DNA from: Gammaproteobacteria bacterium
GTDB taxonomy: Bacteria > Pseudomonadota > Gammaproteobacteria > Eutrophobiales > Eutrophobiaceae
Assembly: GCA_965243115.1 (NCBI GenBank)
Contig: CBDEUD010000003.1
Coordinates: forward strand, 3,707,967 to 3,771,966
DNA: 64,000 nucleotides
Direction: 5' to 3'
In this document: positions 40,468 through 50,907 of the stretch, in pieces
Layout: every line of letters starts with the position of its first letter
How positions within the stretch are numbered: the first letter of the stretch is position 1
Notes under the pieces: generated by a model
Told to the model about the DNA's origin: nothing
Databases searched by the model: none
Seen by the model: only the letters and a program-made list of their open reading frames with translations
Program-made: the position numbers and the translations under genes

Positions 40468-41334
40468 ATGACCATGTTTAACACTATAGCCATTATTACC
40501 AATAATAGCACTGCTGAAATAATTTATACATTACAAGCAGTTATAGAATATCTCCAGGAGCGCGACAAGGAAGTGATCCTGGATGAGTTTTCCACCAGGC
40601 TGGTACCCGATGTAAATCTGCCGGAAGGAAATGCGGATTTTTTCGGCAGGAACTGTGACCTGGCCATTGCCATAGGCGGCGACGGCACCATGTTGCGGGC
40701 CGCTCATCTGCTGGCCGACTACAATGTTCCATTACTCGGAATCAACCGGGGACGCCTCGGCTTCCTGGCCGATATTCCCGCCAACGCCGTGATACGCCGC
40801 CTCGACGAAATCCTGCGCGGGAACTATATTGAAGACGAGCGCTTCCAGTTGCATTGCGAAATTGAAAGCAAGGGCAAAACCCTGATGGAGAGTCATGCTT
40901 TCAATGATGTCATTATCCAAAAGGGCAATATCGCCAAACTGATTGAACTCGAGACTTTCGTCAACGGAAATTTTCTGCACAGGCAGCGTTCCGACGGCAT
41001 GATCATCTCATCCCCCACCGGCTCGACCGCTTATGCGCTGGCCGGCGGCGGCCCGATATTGCACCCGGCGCTCAACGCGCTGGTGCTGGTGCCGATCTGC
41101 CCGCATACCCTGAGTAACCGGCCGGTCGTCATTGACGGCAACAGCGTAGTGGAGGTCATCATCGGCACGCCGCAAATCGACCGTGCTTACCTTACCTGCG
41201 ACGGAGACATCGTCTGTGAACTGGTTACCGGGGACAAGATAAACATTCAGAAAAAGGACAAGAAAATACGGCTTATCCACCCCGCGGACCACGATCATTT
41301 CAAGATCCTGAGAGACAAGCTGAACTGGGGGTAA
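40468..41334 (+). CDS. nadK: NAD kinase
   Basis: GGDGTML, GINRGRLGFL, ND, TGSTAYAL.AGGP motifs. Confidence 0.96.
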   Translation: MTMFNTIAIITNNSTAEIIYTLQAVIEYLQERDKEVILDEFSTRLVPDVNLPEGNADFFGRNCDLAIAIGGDGTMLRAAHLLADYNVPLLGINRGRLGFLADIPANAVIRRLDEILRGNYIEDERFQLHCEIESKGKTLMESHAFNDVIIQKGNIAKLIELETFVNGNFLHRQRSDGMIISSPTGSTAYALAGGGPILHPALNALVLVPICPHTLSNRPVVIDGNSVVEVIIGTPQIDRAYLTCDGDIVCELVTGDKINIQKKDKKIRLIHPADHDHFKILRDKLNWG

Positions 41335-41349
41335 GCCGGATATAAGGAA

Positions 41350-43017
41350 ATGCTGAAACATCTTCACATCAGCAATCTTGCGGTAATAGAAAACGTAGAG
41401 TTGTCGTTCAGGGAAGGCCTGACCGTGCTGACCGGTGAAACCGGCGCCGGTAAATCCATCCTGATAGACGCGTTGGGACTGGCCCTCGGTGCTCGGGCTG
41501 ATACCTCCGTAATACGAACGGGATGCGCACGCACCGAGATCAGCGCCACGTTCGATGCCGTAGGGAACGAACAGTTGCTGCTGTTACTGGATGAACAGTC
41601 CATCAGCGCCGCGGATAACGAGTTGCTGCTGCGCCGGATCATCAGCAAGGACGGCCGCTCACGCGCCTACATCAACACCACACCTGTACCACTGCAGTTG
41701 TTGCGCGACGCCGGCGCATTCCTGGTTGATATCCACGGGCAACATGGAAACCAGGGCTTGTTGAAGCGGGACGGCCAACGGGAATTACTCGACGGCTTCG
41801 GAGATTACGGCGATATATCGGAGCAGGTAAGCCGCGCCTTTGATAAATGGGATGAAGTGACCCGGGAGCTGGACTTGCTGGCCGGGTCCGCTGGAGCGTC
41901 CGACGCCCGGCAATCCCTGCTCAAATACCAGGTGGAAGAACTGGAAGGACTGGGACTGGAGGATGGCGAGGTGGAGCGCCTGGAACAGGAATACAAGCGC
42001 CTGGTAAATATCAACAGCCTGCTGGACACATCCCGGCAGTCCCTGGACAGCCTGTTCGAAGGTGAGCAATCGGTAAACGACAGGATCAACACTGCGAAAA
42101 AGGAACTGGCCGCGCTCGAACGGCTGGACCCGCGCCTGGCCGGGATTTCCGGATTGCTGGAAAATGCGGCCATACATATCGCCGAGGCGGCAGATGAATT
42201 GCGGGGGTACCTGAACAACCTGGAACAGGACCCTGCGCGCCTGCACCAGGTGGAACAGCGCCTGGGGCAGTTGCACGACATGGCCCGGAAACACCGGGTA
42301 CAACCGCAACTGCTGTTTTCACATTTTCAGTCATTGAAGGAAAAACTGGATACGATGGAACACAATCGCGAACGTGCGGTGGAACTGGAGCGGGAACAAC
42401 TGACCGCGCTGGAAGAGTACCGGACTGCCGCAGACCACCTGGGAGAGTGCCGGCGCCGGTGCGCAACCCTGATGGCAGATGACATCAGCGGCAGAATACG
42501 CGCCATGGGAATGCCTGAAGGCACTCTCCAGATCAACGTGACGCCGGGTCCTGACCTGAAACCCCGCAGGAAGGGAAATAACCAGGTTGAATTCCTTGTT
42601 TCCGTCAACCCGGGGCAGGCTATGCTGCCGTTGCGGAAAGTCGCCTCCGGCGGGGAACTCTCGCGCATCAGCCTGGCGATCCAGGCCGGCGTAAACCTGG
42701 ACCGCGAGGTAGCGACCATGATATTCGACGAAGTGGACGCGGGTATCGCCGGGGGAATTGCGGAAATCGTCGGGAAACTGCTGCACCAGCTCGGCGCGGA
42801 GAGGCAAATCCTGTGCGTTACCCACCTGCCGCAGGTCGCCTCCCAGGGGGACAGCCACATCAGGGTAACGAAGACCTCCGATAAAACGACCACGCAGACC
42901 CTGGTTCATGAACTGGACAAGGAAGAACGGGTGGAGGAGGTCGCCCGCATGCTGGGCGGCATCAGGATCTCGCAACAGTCCCGGGAGCATGCCAGGGAGA
43001 TGCTGGGCTCAGCTTGA
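41350..43017 (+). CDS. recN: DNA repair protein RecN
   Basis: LTGETGAGKS, DIHGQH, coiled coil, ASGGELSR, IFDEVDAG, VTHLPQVA. Confidence 0.97.
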   Translation: MLKHLHISNLAVIENVELSFREGLTVLTGETGAGKSILIDALGLALGARADTSVIRTGCARTEISATFDAVGNEQLLLLLDEQSISAADNELLLRRIISKDGRSRAYINTTPVPLQLLRDAGAFLVDIHGQHGNQGLLKRDGQRELLDGFGDYGDISEQVSRAFDKWDEVTRELDLLAGSAGASDARQSLLKYQVEELEGLGLEDGEVERLEQEYKRLVNINSLLDTSRQSLDSLFEGEQSVNDRINTAKKELAALERLDPRLAGISGLLENAAIHIAEAADELRGYLNNLEQDPARLHQVEQRLGQLHDMARKHRVQPQLLFSHFQSLKEKLDTMEHNRERAVELEREQLTALEEYRTAADHLGECRRRCATLMADDISGRIRAMGMPEGTLQINVTPGPDLKPRRKGNNQVEFLVSVNPGQAMLPLRKVASGGELSRISLAIQAGVNLDREVATMIFDEVDAGIAGGIAEIVGKLLHQLGAERQILCVTHLPQVASQGDSHIRVTKTSDKTTTQTLVHELDKEERVEEVARMLGGIRISQQSREHAREMLGSA

Positions 43018-43040
43018 GGAACCCCTGGTTGGCCCCCATC

Positions 43041-43101
43041 CGGGGACGGGCCCTCCTCCGGGGACGGGCCCTCTTTCGGGGACGGACTTAAGTCCGTCCC
43101 C
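43041..43101. repeat. Two truncated CGGGGACGGGCCCTC units at 18-bp period followed by the full GGGGACGGACTTAAGTCCGTCCCC palindrome
   Basis: Units begin at 43041, 43059 and 43077, between the convergent recN and cobO genes. Confidence 0.85.
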
Positions 43102-43123
43102 AACACAGGATGCCGGGATCCGG

Positions 43124-43729
43124 TTAGAATTCTATCCCCTTCTGTGCCTTGACACCCTGGTGAAAGGCATGGCGGATTTCCCTGACCTCACTGATGGTGT
43201 CGGCGATCTCCAGCAGTTCCGGTATCGGATCCCTTCCCGTGACGATTACATTCTGTTGTTCCGGCCTGGCCAGCAGGATTTCGCTGACTGCTTCGGCGGA
43301 CAGGTAACCGTATTTGAACATATAGGTGATCTCATCCAGGATAACGATGTCGTAAGCGGGATCGCTGAACAGCGGCGCCGCCTTGTCCCAGACGGCCTCG
43401 GCCGCGGCGATATCCTTTTCCCGGTCCTGGGTATCCCAGGTGAATCCCGTCCCCATGACCAGGTGTTTCACGTCCAGTTGTTTGAAAATCGCCTGTTCCC
43501 CGGTCTTCCATTTTCCCTTGATGAACTGTACGACGGCGCCCTTCTTGCCGTGGCCCAGGCTCCTCGCCAGGGTGCCGAACGCGGAACTACTTTTGCCTTT
43601 CCCGTTACCGTACAGGTAGATGATGACGCCGCGCCGCGTTTTTGCATCAGCGATTTTGGCGCGTACCTGGCGCTGCTGCTCCTGCATCTTCTGCTTGTGC
43701 TCTGCCGCACTCGTGATTTCTTCGGACAT
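43124..43729 (-). CDS. cobO: Cob(I)alamin adenosyltransferase (CobO/BtuR)
   Basis: GNGKGKSSSAFG, VVQFIKG, GTGFTW, ILDE, AQKGIEF motifs. Confidence 0.95.
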   Translation of the reverse strand: MSEEITSAAEHKQKMQEQQRQVRAKIADAKTRRGVIIYLYGNGKGKSSSAFGTLARSLGHGKKGAVVQFIKGKWKTGEQAIFKQLDVKHLVMGTGFTWDTQDREKDIAAAEAVWDKAAPLFSDPAYDIVILDEITYMFKYGYLSAEAVSEILLARPEQQNVIVTGRDPIPELLEIADTISEVREIRHAFHQGVKAQKGIEF

Positions 43730-43760
43730 GCCCGTACCTCAGATATGTGGGTCAGATATC

Positions 43761-45581
43761 TTATCGGCTCCGGTAATGTAACGACAAGAAAAAATTCCGA
43801 TCGAAGGAGTTATAGGTGTTGATGGTCTGGTATTCCTCATCCAGCAGGTTCGCCACCTTCGCCCGCAAGGTCAGGCGGTCGTTGAGGCGGTACTCTCCCA
43901 GGATATCGACTGTCGCGAAACCGTCGACCTTTATCGTATTGGGAACATTATCGTAACGCTTCCCCTCCGCAAGCAGGCGCGCCCCCAGGGTAAACCTGCC
44001 GATGTCCCGTCTCAGGTCGAAAGACAACCGTTCCCTGGCCCGGCGCGGCAGGCGCTTCCCCGTAGTTTCGTTTTCCGGGTCCAGGTATTCCGCACCCAGC
44101 GCGGCATTCCAGTCACCCCACTGGACGAATACCTCGCCCTCCACACCGGTAACCTGCGTTTCATTTACGTTTTCCGGCGCACAGTTGAAAAACTGGTCGC
44201 ACACCGTCGTAATAAGATCCTTCGCGTCAATCCGATAAGCCCGGATGCTCCACCCGAAGCGCTCATACTGCCCCTCCAGTCCTGCCTCGTAGGACTCGGC
44301 AGTCTCCGGTTTCAGGTCGGGGTTGCCGAAGAAGGGAAAAAACAACTCGTTGAAGGAGGGCGTCCTGTAGGCCGTACCGTATGATGCATACAAACGCAGG
44401 GCATCATGCCAGGCATAGCTCCAGCCGACGCCTCCCGTGGTTTCGCTGCCGAATACCTCGTCATCATCCCAGCGTACCGATGCGATCAACTGGTGGCCGT
44501 GGAAGTTCACGCCATACTGCCCGAAGACACCGGTATTGTCCCTGCTGGTCAGGACGTAGTCGGTTGAACTGTCCACCTTGTCTTCCCGGAAATCCACACC
44601 GAAGGTCAGCAACTGGGTATCGAATAACGAAATATCATTCTGCCAGGATAACTGCCGGCGCCGGGTATCAAAAAGCGAGGAGAAATCGCCCGACGGGGCG
44701 AAATTCTCCGTCTCATCGCGGGCCTCGCTCAAACGCAGGGACGTGCTCCAGTCCTCGACCGGGTTGAACGACAGCGAACCACCTGCAACCTGTTGCAGGA
44801 AATCAGTCTCGTCCTGAAAATTGCCGTCGTACCCGGTCGTTCCTTCCGCTCTCATGATAAAGACATCAATCCTGCCGGTCTCGCCGAAACCATAACCGCC
44901 GCTGAACTGTACGGAAATGTTGTCGTAGCCGTCCTTATCCGGTTGGTCGACACCGAAAAAACCGGGGGTAGGCTGTCTCGCATCGATGCCGCGGGAATCA
45001 AACCAGGAAACCGCCGCGCTGTAGTCGAAATTCCGGTATTCGCCGCTGACCCCACCGGTTACTTCGAAGGTATCATAAGAACCGCCGCGGGCATCCAGGC
45101 TGAAACGCGGTTTCTCGCCCGAACTCCTGCGGGTGAACAAGTGAATCACACCGCCCAGCGCCTCGGATCCCCACAGGCTGGAGCGCGGTCCGCGTACGAT
45201 CTCGATACGCTCTATCATGGCCGGCTGCAGGTGCTGGAAGGCGGCAGTGCCCAGGGTTGCCGACCCGATCCTGACGCCGTCGACCAGAACCAGCACATGA
45301 TGGCTTTCGGTGCCGCGCATGCGGATGCCTGTCGCCTTGCCGTAACCACCGCTGACCGTCACGTCTATACCCGGGATCCCCATAAGCAGTTCAGGCAGGG
45401 AATTTACCTGCATTTCTTCAATTTCCTGCCGGTTTATCACGGTAACGGCAGCGGGCAGCCTGTTGGCTTCGATGGGCGCACGCGTCCCGGTGACAATCAT
45501 CTCCTCCTGCGGTGCGGCCTGGATAACAGGCCCGTATAAACAAACGCTGCCAAGCAGTGCCCGGATAACTACATTTTTCAT
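43761..45581 (-). CDS. btuB: TonB-dependent cobalamin receptor (BtuB-like)
   Basis: Signal peptide, TonB box (EEMIVTGTR), plug (IERIEIVRGPRSSLWGSEALGGVI), barrel C-terminus NLLDEEY; downstream of a B12 riboswitch. SD GGGAG precedes ATG at 45581. Confidence 0.9.
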   Translation of the reverse strand: MKNVVIRALLGSVCLYGPVIQAAPQEEMIVTGTRAPIEANRLPAAVTVINRQEIEEMQVNSLPELLMGIPGIDVTVSGGYGKATGIRMRGTESHHVLVLVDGVRIGSATLGTAAFQHLQPAMIERIEIVRGPRSSLWGSEALGGVIHLFTRRSSGEKPRFSLDARGGSYDTFEVTGGVSGEYRNFDYSAAVSWFDSRGIDARQPTPGFFGVDQPDKDGYDNISVQFSGGYGFGETGRIDVFIMRAEGTTGYDGNFQDETDFLQQVAGGSLSFNPVEDWSTSLRLSEARDETENFAPSGDFSSLFDTRRRQLSWQNDISLFDTQLLTFGVDFREDKVDSSTDYVLTSRDNTGVFGQYGVNFHGHQLIASVRWDDDEVFGSETTGGVGWSYAWHDALRLYASYGTAYRTPSFNELFFPFFGNPDLKPETAESYEAGLEGQYERFGWSIRAYRIDAKDLITTVCDQFFNCAPENVNETQVTGVEGEVFVQWGDWNAALGAEYLDPENETTGKRLPRRARERLSFDLRRDIGRFTLGARLLAEGKRYDNVPNTIKVDGFATVDILGEYRLNDRLTLRAKVANLLDEEYQTINTYNSFDRNFFLSLHYRSR

Positions 45582-45714
45582 ATCTTCACTCCCGTAGAAT
45601 ATCGATTGAACGATTTCAGACAGCAGCAAAGAGGGGAAACGGAGCAGATCAAATGCCCTATGCCGCCCTCCGCAACATGTCACTAATGTTCCGGGAACGA
45701 AACCCGGACCGGCG

Positions 45715-45945
45715 TATCCAGGCCGGTCTCCGGACTGACAGCCCTGACTGTCTGCAGTCAGCGTACCGGACACCTTCCCATGCCGGCCCCGGGTTTGAAA
45801 TACTCCGGGCCACGGCCACAGTGGTTAACGTCCGGGACCAAGGCTGATCACCGTTGCGGGGGCAGTGCTGGATTCGTTCGTGTGAACTCACCAGTCTTCC
45901 CGTGAATCCACCCGGCGAATAAACTCACCGGCTGGAAACCTGTAT
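45715..45945 (-). ncRNA. Cobalamin (AdoCbl) riboswitch
   Basis: Minus strand: AGGTTTCC..GGGAA..GGTG..AATCC..CTGCCCCCGCAACGGT..CCACTG..GGGAAGG..AGTCCGGAGACCGGCC (B12 box). A pyrimidine-rich anti-SD-like tract lies downstream. Boundaries approximate. Confidence 0.92.
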
Positions 45946-45988
45946 ACAAGGTCAGATGGTAAAGGATGTAACGCAGCAATACAAATAT

Positions 45989-46065
45989 ATCCGCAGATTA
46001 CGCAGATTATCGTAGATGAATATCATTTTTATTTTTATCTGCGTTCATCTGCGTCATCTGCGGAT
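45989..46065. repeat. Inverted element built from triads of 9-10-bp CGCAGAT units; encodes the cobQ C-terminus
   Basis: ATCCGCAGAT-TACGCAGAT-TATCGTAGAT (45989-46018), AT-rich spacer, ATCTGCGTTC-ATCTGCGTC-ATCTGCGGAT (46037-46065). Confidence 0.8.
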
Positions 46066-47509
46066 AAATTTTTGCAATATCGATGTTTGCCACTATCACA
46101 TCGGCCAGACGTTCGATCTGGCGCTCCCTCAAGTCCCGGTAATCCTGCGCGGTTTCCACCTGTTCCAGGCCGGCCCACTGCAGCAACGCCGCACAGGCGG
46201 CGCCTCCGTCGAACAGGCCGTGCAGGTAACAACCCATGATCCTGCCGTCTTCGGAGATAGCGCCGTCCTGCCTGTCCTGCAACATGACAGCCGGTCTTTG
46301 CAGGGCTTTCCCTTGCGTTATCCCGGCATGGATTTCGTAACCTTCGACCGGGGTATTATCCGGCGCCAGGCGCGCATGCACCCTGTGCAGTTGTTTCTGC
46401 GGCCGCAATTCCGTTTCCATCTGAAGTAATCCGAGCCCTTCGCTGCTGCCCGGTTGTCCTTCCAGGCCCAGGGGATCGGCGATGGCGTTGCCCAGCATCT
46501 GGTATCCGCCACAGATGCCAAGGAGCCGGCCCCCGTAACGCAGGTGGCGGGACAGGGCCGGGAGCCAGTGGTTGTCCTTCAGCCATTGCAGATCCTGGCG
46601 GACATTCTTGGTGCCCGGCAATATGACCAGGTCCGCAGGCGGGACAGCCTCCCCCGGCCCGATAAACCTGAAGTCCACCTGCGGGTGCAGGCGCAACGGA
46701 TCAAAATCGGTGTGGTTGCTGATGCGGGGAAACACCGGGGCAATGATCTTCAAGGCGTTCTCCCCCGGATCCACGTCCATGTCCCGGGAAATTGCATCCT
46801 CCGCGTCGAGGTGGAACCCGTGCAGGTAAGGCAACACCCCCAGTACCGGCTTACCCGTCTCCTGTTCCAGCCACGTCAACCCGGGTTGCAACAGTTCCAT
46901 ATCACCGCGGAATTTATTGATTACGAACCCGGCGACCCGTTGCCGCTCTGTTTCGCTGAGCAGGGCAAGCGTCCCGACCAGGTGGGCGAACACGCCGCCC
47001 TTGTCGATATCGGCAATGAGGATGACGGGGCAATCGGCTGCTTCCGCGAAACCCATGTTGGCGATATCCCGGTCCCGCAGGTTGATCTCAGCCGGACTGC
47101 CCGCGCCTTCCACCACGATATACTCATGACGACCCTGCAAGCGGCGATAGGACTCCATAACGGCGTGCAGCAGGGCGGGTTTTCTTTCATGGTATGCTAG
47201 CGCGTCAAGGGTTGAATCGACTTTGCCGTGTACGATTACCTGGGCGCCGATATCCGTATTCGGCTTCAACAAGACCGGGTTCATGTCGTTACAGGGTTCC
47301 AGGCCGCAGGCCTGGGCCTGCAGCGCCTGGGCGCGGCCGATTTCACCGCCTTCGGCAGTCACCGCGGAATTCAGCGCCATGTTTTGCGGTTTGAAAGGCG
47401 CGACGGATAAGCCGGCGCGGGCCAGGACACGGCAAATTCCGGTAACCAGGATGCTTTTGCCGGCATCGGAGGTCGTGCCTTGTATCATGATGGTTTTGCC
47501 GGGCATCAC
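46007..47509 (-). CDS. cobQ: Cobyric acid synthase
   Basis: [55 protein letters not shown]. Confidence 0.97.
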   Translation of the reverse strand: MMPGKTIMIQGTTSDAGKSILVTGICRVLARAGLSVAPFKPQNMALNSAVTAEGGEIGRAQALQAQACGLEPCNDMNPVLLKPNTDIGAQVIVHGKVDSTLDALAYHERKPALLHAVMESYRRLQGRHEYIVVEGAGSPAEINLRDRDIANMGFAEAADCPVILIADIDKGGVFAHLVGTLALLSETERQRVAGFVINKFRGDMELLQPGLTWLEQETGKPVLGVLPYLHGFHLDAEDAISRDMDVDPGENALKIIAPVFPRISNHTDFDPLRLHPQVDFRFIGPGEAVPPADLVILPGTKNVRQDLQWLKDNHWLPALSRHLRYGGRLLGICGGYQMLGNAIADPLGLEGQPGSSEGLGLLQMETELRPQKQLHRVHARLAPDNTPVEGYEIHAGITQGKALQRPAVMLQDRQDGAISEDGRIMGCYLHGLFDGGAACAALLQWAGLEQVETAQDYRDLRERQIERLADVIVANIDIAKIYPQMTQMNADKNKNDIHLR

Positions 47510-47529
47510 AGGTCTGGGTAACCGAAAAA

Positions 47530-48483
47530 ATGAACAGTATAGAACAGATATTCGGGGTCAAGGCAATAAGACAGTCACTGGTGAAAACTGTTGGTCTGTT
47601 GCTGGTTGTTTTTGCTCTGACCCCAAGTATCGCATACGGCGCCGCGGCGATAGCCGTGATTGATGATATGGGCCGGACAGTTCGGTTGGAAAAACCGGCC
47701 GCAAGAATTGTCAGCCTGGCGCCCCATATCACCGAGAACCTGTTCGCCGCGGGCATCGGGCACCGGGTCGTGGGAGTGGTCAGTTACAGCGATTTTCCTG
47801 CCGAGGCCCGCAACATTCCGCCCGTGGGGGGATACGACAACTTTGATACCGAACTGGTCCTGGCCATGCAGCCCGACCTCGTGGTCGCCTGGAAAGAGGG
47901 AAACCAGTTCCACCAGGTGGAGCGGCTGATGGACCTGGGTCTGACGGTTTTCGTCAATGAACCGGAACAACTTGAAGACGTAGCCGCGGATATAGCCAGG
48001 TTCGGTATACTCGGCGGCCGGGAAGATGAAGCCAGGGCCGCCGCACAGGAATATATGAACGGACTTTCCCGGTTGCGTGACAAGTATTCAGGACTGGAAA
48101 CGATATCGGTGTTCTACCAGGTGTGGCCCAACCCGCTGATCACCGTGACGGACCGGCAGATCATCGGCAATGTCATCCGCATGTGCGGCGGGTCGAATAT
48201 CTTTGCCGGGCTGGGCACCCCTACGCCGCAGGTAGGCAAGGAAGCTGTGCTGGCAAAAAACCCGGACACCATCATCGCCAGCGGCATGGACGAAGCGAGG
48301 CCGGACTGGCTGGATGAGTGGAAACACTGGTCTTTTCTCAAGGCCGCCAGGTACGGCAACCTGTTTTTCATCGACCCGGACATCATCCAGCGCCATACGC
48401 CCCGCATCCTGCTGGGGTCCCGGCAACTGTGCGAGGTGCTGGAACAGGCGCGCAGGAATATCAGTACGGCGGGGCGCCGATAG
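47530..48483 (+). CDS. btuF: Periplasmic cobalamin-binding protein (BtuF-like)
   Basis: [35 protein letters not shown]; B12 gene context. True start may be slightly downstream. Confidence 0.85.
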   Translation: MNSIEQIFGVKAIRQSLVKTVGLLLVVFALTPSIAYGAAAIAVIDDMGRTVRLEKPAARIVSLAPHITENLFAAGIGHRVVGVVSYSDFPAEARNIPPVGGYDNFDTELVLAMQPDLVVAWKEGNQFHQVERLMDLGLTVFVNEPEQLEDVAADIARFGILGGREDEARAAAQEYMNGLSRLRDKYSGLETISVFYQVWPNPLITVTDRQIIGNVIRMCGGSNIFAGLGTPTPQVGKEAVLAKNPDTIIASGMDEARPDWLDEWKHWSFLKAARYGNLFFIDPDIIQRHTPRILLGSRQLCEVLEQARRNISTAGRR

Positions 48484-49036
48484 ACTTCAGTTCCACGGCC
48501 AGTCCTGCGACCATCAGGTACACCTTGTCTGCGCGTGCGGCGAACATCTGGTTTACCCGCCCCAGTACGTCACGGTAATTTCGCCCCAGTTCCGTGGCCG
48601 GCACCACGCCCAGCCCTGCCTCGTTGCTGACCACGATCCACCTCGCATCCGTGCGGTCGTACAGGTCCAGAAGCGCGCCGGCGCGGGACAGGATTTCCGC
48701 TTCCGCACCGCTGGCGTCACCCTGCTTCAGCAGCAGGTTGCTGACCCAGACGGTCAGGCAATCCAGCAGCAGCGTATCCTGGCCGGATAGTGCGGGGGGA
48801 ATTGCCGCGACCGGGTCAAGGGGCTCTTCCAGGGTGTCCCAGGCAGCGGGGCGCCGTGCGCGGTGCTCGCTGATGCGCCGCCTCATGTCCTCATCCAGGG
48901 CCTCGGCGGTAGCGATGAAAAGCGTGCGTTCGCCCTGCAGGGCCAGCTTCTCCGCACAGGCGCTCTTGCCGGAGCGCGCCCCGCCGAGTACCAGGATCAA
49001 CTGTTTTTCCACCTTGCCTTGTTGCATCAATTGCAT
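48461..49036 (-). CDS. cobU: Adenosylcobinamide kinase/guanylyltransferase (CobU/CobP)
   Basis: LVLGGARSGKS, H.ARRP, DCLTVW, VSNE.GLGVVP motifs. Confidence 0.95.
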   Translation of the reverse strand: MQLMQQGKVEKQLILVLGGARSGKSACAEKLALQGERTLFIATAEALDEDMRRRISEHRARRPAAWDTLEEPLDPVAAIPPALSGQDTLLLDCLTVWVSNLLLKQGDASGAEAEILSRAGALLDLYDRTDARWIVVSNEAGLGVVPATELGRNYRDVLGRVNQMFAARADKVYLMVAGLAVELKSIGAPPY

Positions 49037-49101
49037 CCTGTAAGGATAGCCGGGGCCCGGGCCCGGGTATTGTCAAGCCATGGTGTCATATGCGGCTCAC
49101 G

Positions 49102-50094
49102 TCAGTAGCCGCGCAAAACAGTCAGGCCGAGCGCCAGCAATATTCCGAAGGCAGCAACCAGGTACGCCAGGCGCACCGCCGTGCCGATATCCGCGGCACC
49201 GGGGAGGCGCAGGTCTCTGCCGATAAGATAATGACCGCGTTTTTCCAGGACGACCCCGATCAGCCCGGACAGTGCGCTCATCGTCCAGCCGGCATTGGGA
49301 CTTTCCGTTACGCCGTGGTCACGGCGCATGATGCTCCAGCCGCGCCGCACGGACAATTTCCCGGCGGGCCCGGTCTCGTCTCTCACATCATCGGCCCATC
49401 TGCAGCCTGCTGCCGCAAGCAGCATCAGCGCGCTGAGGCGCGCCGGAACCAGGTTTACCAGATCATCCAGCCGCGCCGCCGCCTTTCCCGTGTATTCGTA
49501 CTTGCCATGGTAACCTATCATACTGTCCAGGGTATTCAGGGCCCGATAGGCAAACGCACCCGGCAGGCCCAGCAAGGCGAACGCCAGCCACGGGGCAATA
49601 TAGCTGTCCGTGGTGTTCTCGCCCACGGATTCGATGGCCGCTGCCGCCAGCTGCGCTTCCGTCAGGGTGTTCGTGTCCCGGCTTACCAGGCTCCTCAGGC
49701 TGTAGCGCGCCCCATCCAGGTCACCGGCGTCCAGGGCGCGCCGGGTAACCTGCGCAGCCTGGCCAAGACCCTTCACTGCGAACGTGGTTTTGAGCAGCAG
49801 CGCGCCGCCCAGCAGGTAGGGGATGGTTCCGAGTTCACGCAAGCCAAGGGCCGCCAGCCAGGCAATGCCGCCGCACAGGACCGGCACGAACAGGGAAGCG
49901 CCCGCACCCGCCAGCAAGGCCGCGGTAGCGCTGCCGGCAGGAAACATCCGCTCCAGCGCCGCAATGAGTTTACCCATCCACACCACCGGGTGGAATGAAT
50001 CCGGCGGTTCACCCAGGGCGAAGTCCAGCGCCAGCGCCAGCAGCAGCACAGCAGCGTCAAGATACCAGTCACCCGGAAACAGTTGCCACTCCAT
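49102..50094 (-). CDS. cbiB: Adenosylcobinamide-phosphate synthase CbiB
   Basis: GEPP..HPVVWMG, LVSRDT, IESVGEN, YRALNTLDSMIGY, SPNAGW motifs. Confidence 0.93.
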   Translation of the reverse strand: MEWQLFPGDWYLDAAVLLLALALDFALGEPPDSFHPVVWMGKLIAALERMFPAGSATAALLAGAGASLFVPVLCGGIAWLAALGLRELGTIPYLLGGALLLKTTFAVKGLGQAAQVTRRALDAGDLDGARYSLRSLVSRDTNTLTEAQLAAAAIESVGENTTDSYIAPWLAFALLGLPGAFAYRALNTLDSMIGYHGKYEYTGKAAARLDDLVNLVPARLSALMLLAAAGCRWADDVRDETGPAGKLSVRRGWSIMRRDHGVTESPNAGWTMSALSGLIGVVLEKRGHYLIGRDLRLPGAADIGTAVRLAYLVAAFGILLALGLTVLRGY

Positions 50095-50100
50095 TGCCTG

Positions 50101-50907
50101 TCACCACGGGAACAAGAAGGCAGGCTGCAGCGGGAAAAAGAATGCGACCGGAAGGAAAGCAGCGATGACCAGCATTGCCGTCTCCACCACTTCGTTGACC
50201 GCGCCGTAGACGTCGCCGGTCAGGCCGCCCAGGCGCCGGCAGGCCCAGGCGCCGACGGCCCAGGCGCCGAGACTGGCCGCCAGCAGCAGGATCACGCCGA
50301 TCAGCCCTGCCGCCAGCAGGCTGGCGAACAGCGCGCAGAGGAACCCGAAAAACAGTTGCAGGCGACCGCCTGTTGCCCGGAATGCCACACCCAGTCCCTC
50401 CGTGCGCGCATAGGGGTAGCACTCCATTGCGAGCAGCATGGCCCAGCGCGACAGGCATGGGAACAGGATGAGCATGTGCAGCCTGAGAGGCTGGTGCAGG
50501 GCGGCGACGGCCGCGCATTTGATGACCAGCAGGGAGACAACACCGATGACCGCGAACGCGCCCACGTGCGGGTCGCGCATTATCTCCAGGCGCCGTTCAC
50601 GGGTATAGCCGCCGAACAGGGCATCGCAACTGTCCATGAAGCCGTCCAGGTGCAAGCCCCTGGTCAGCACCACCAGGATCACTACCAGCAGCGCGCTTTC
50701 CAGCAAGCGGTCTGGCGCAAGAGCGATGAATGTGCCTTCCGGCAGGAACAGATAGCCGCTCAGGATCATGTCGAGGCCCGCGAGCAGCAAACCCAGACCA
50801 AGCCCGACCAGCGGGAAGTACCCGCGTGCGTATGCCAGGCCATCCCGGTCCCGGGTTGAAACCGGCAGGATGGTAAGGAAACCGGCAGCGGCCCTGAAAC
50901 CTTTCAC
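50101..50907 (-). CDS. cobS: Adenosylcobinamide-GDP ribazoletransferase (cobalamin synthase)
   Basis: FLTILP, GLHLDGFMD..D, IMRDPHVGAF, GGLTGDVYGA motifs. Confidence 0.94.
   Translation of the reverse strand: MKGFRAAAGFLTILPVSTRDRDGLAYARGYFPLVGLGLGLLLAGLDMILSGYLFLPEGTFIALAPDRLLESALLVVILVVLTRGLHLDGFMDSCDALFGGYTRERRLEIMRDPHVGAFAVIGVVSLLVIKCAAVAALHQPLRLHMLILFPCLSRWAMLLAMECYPYARTEGLGVAFRATGGRLQLFFGFLCALFASLLAAGLIGVILLLAASLGAWAVGAWACRRLGGLTGDVYGAVNEVVETAMLVIAAFLPVAFFFPLQPAFLFPW

Noticed and set aside
45582-45773. N-terminal extension of btuB given in the ORF track
   Set aside because: It runs through the riboswitch and expression platform; SD and signal peptide support ATG 45581.
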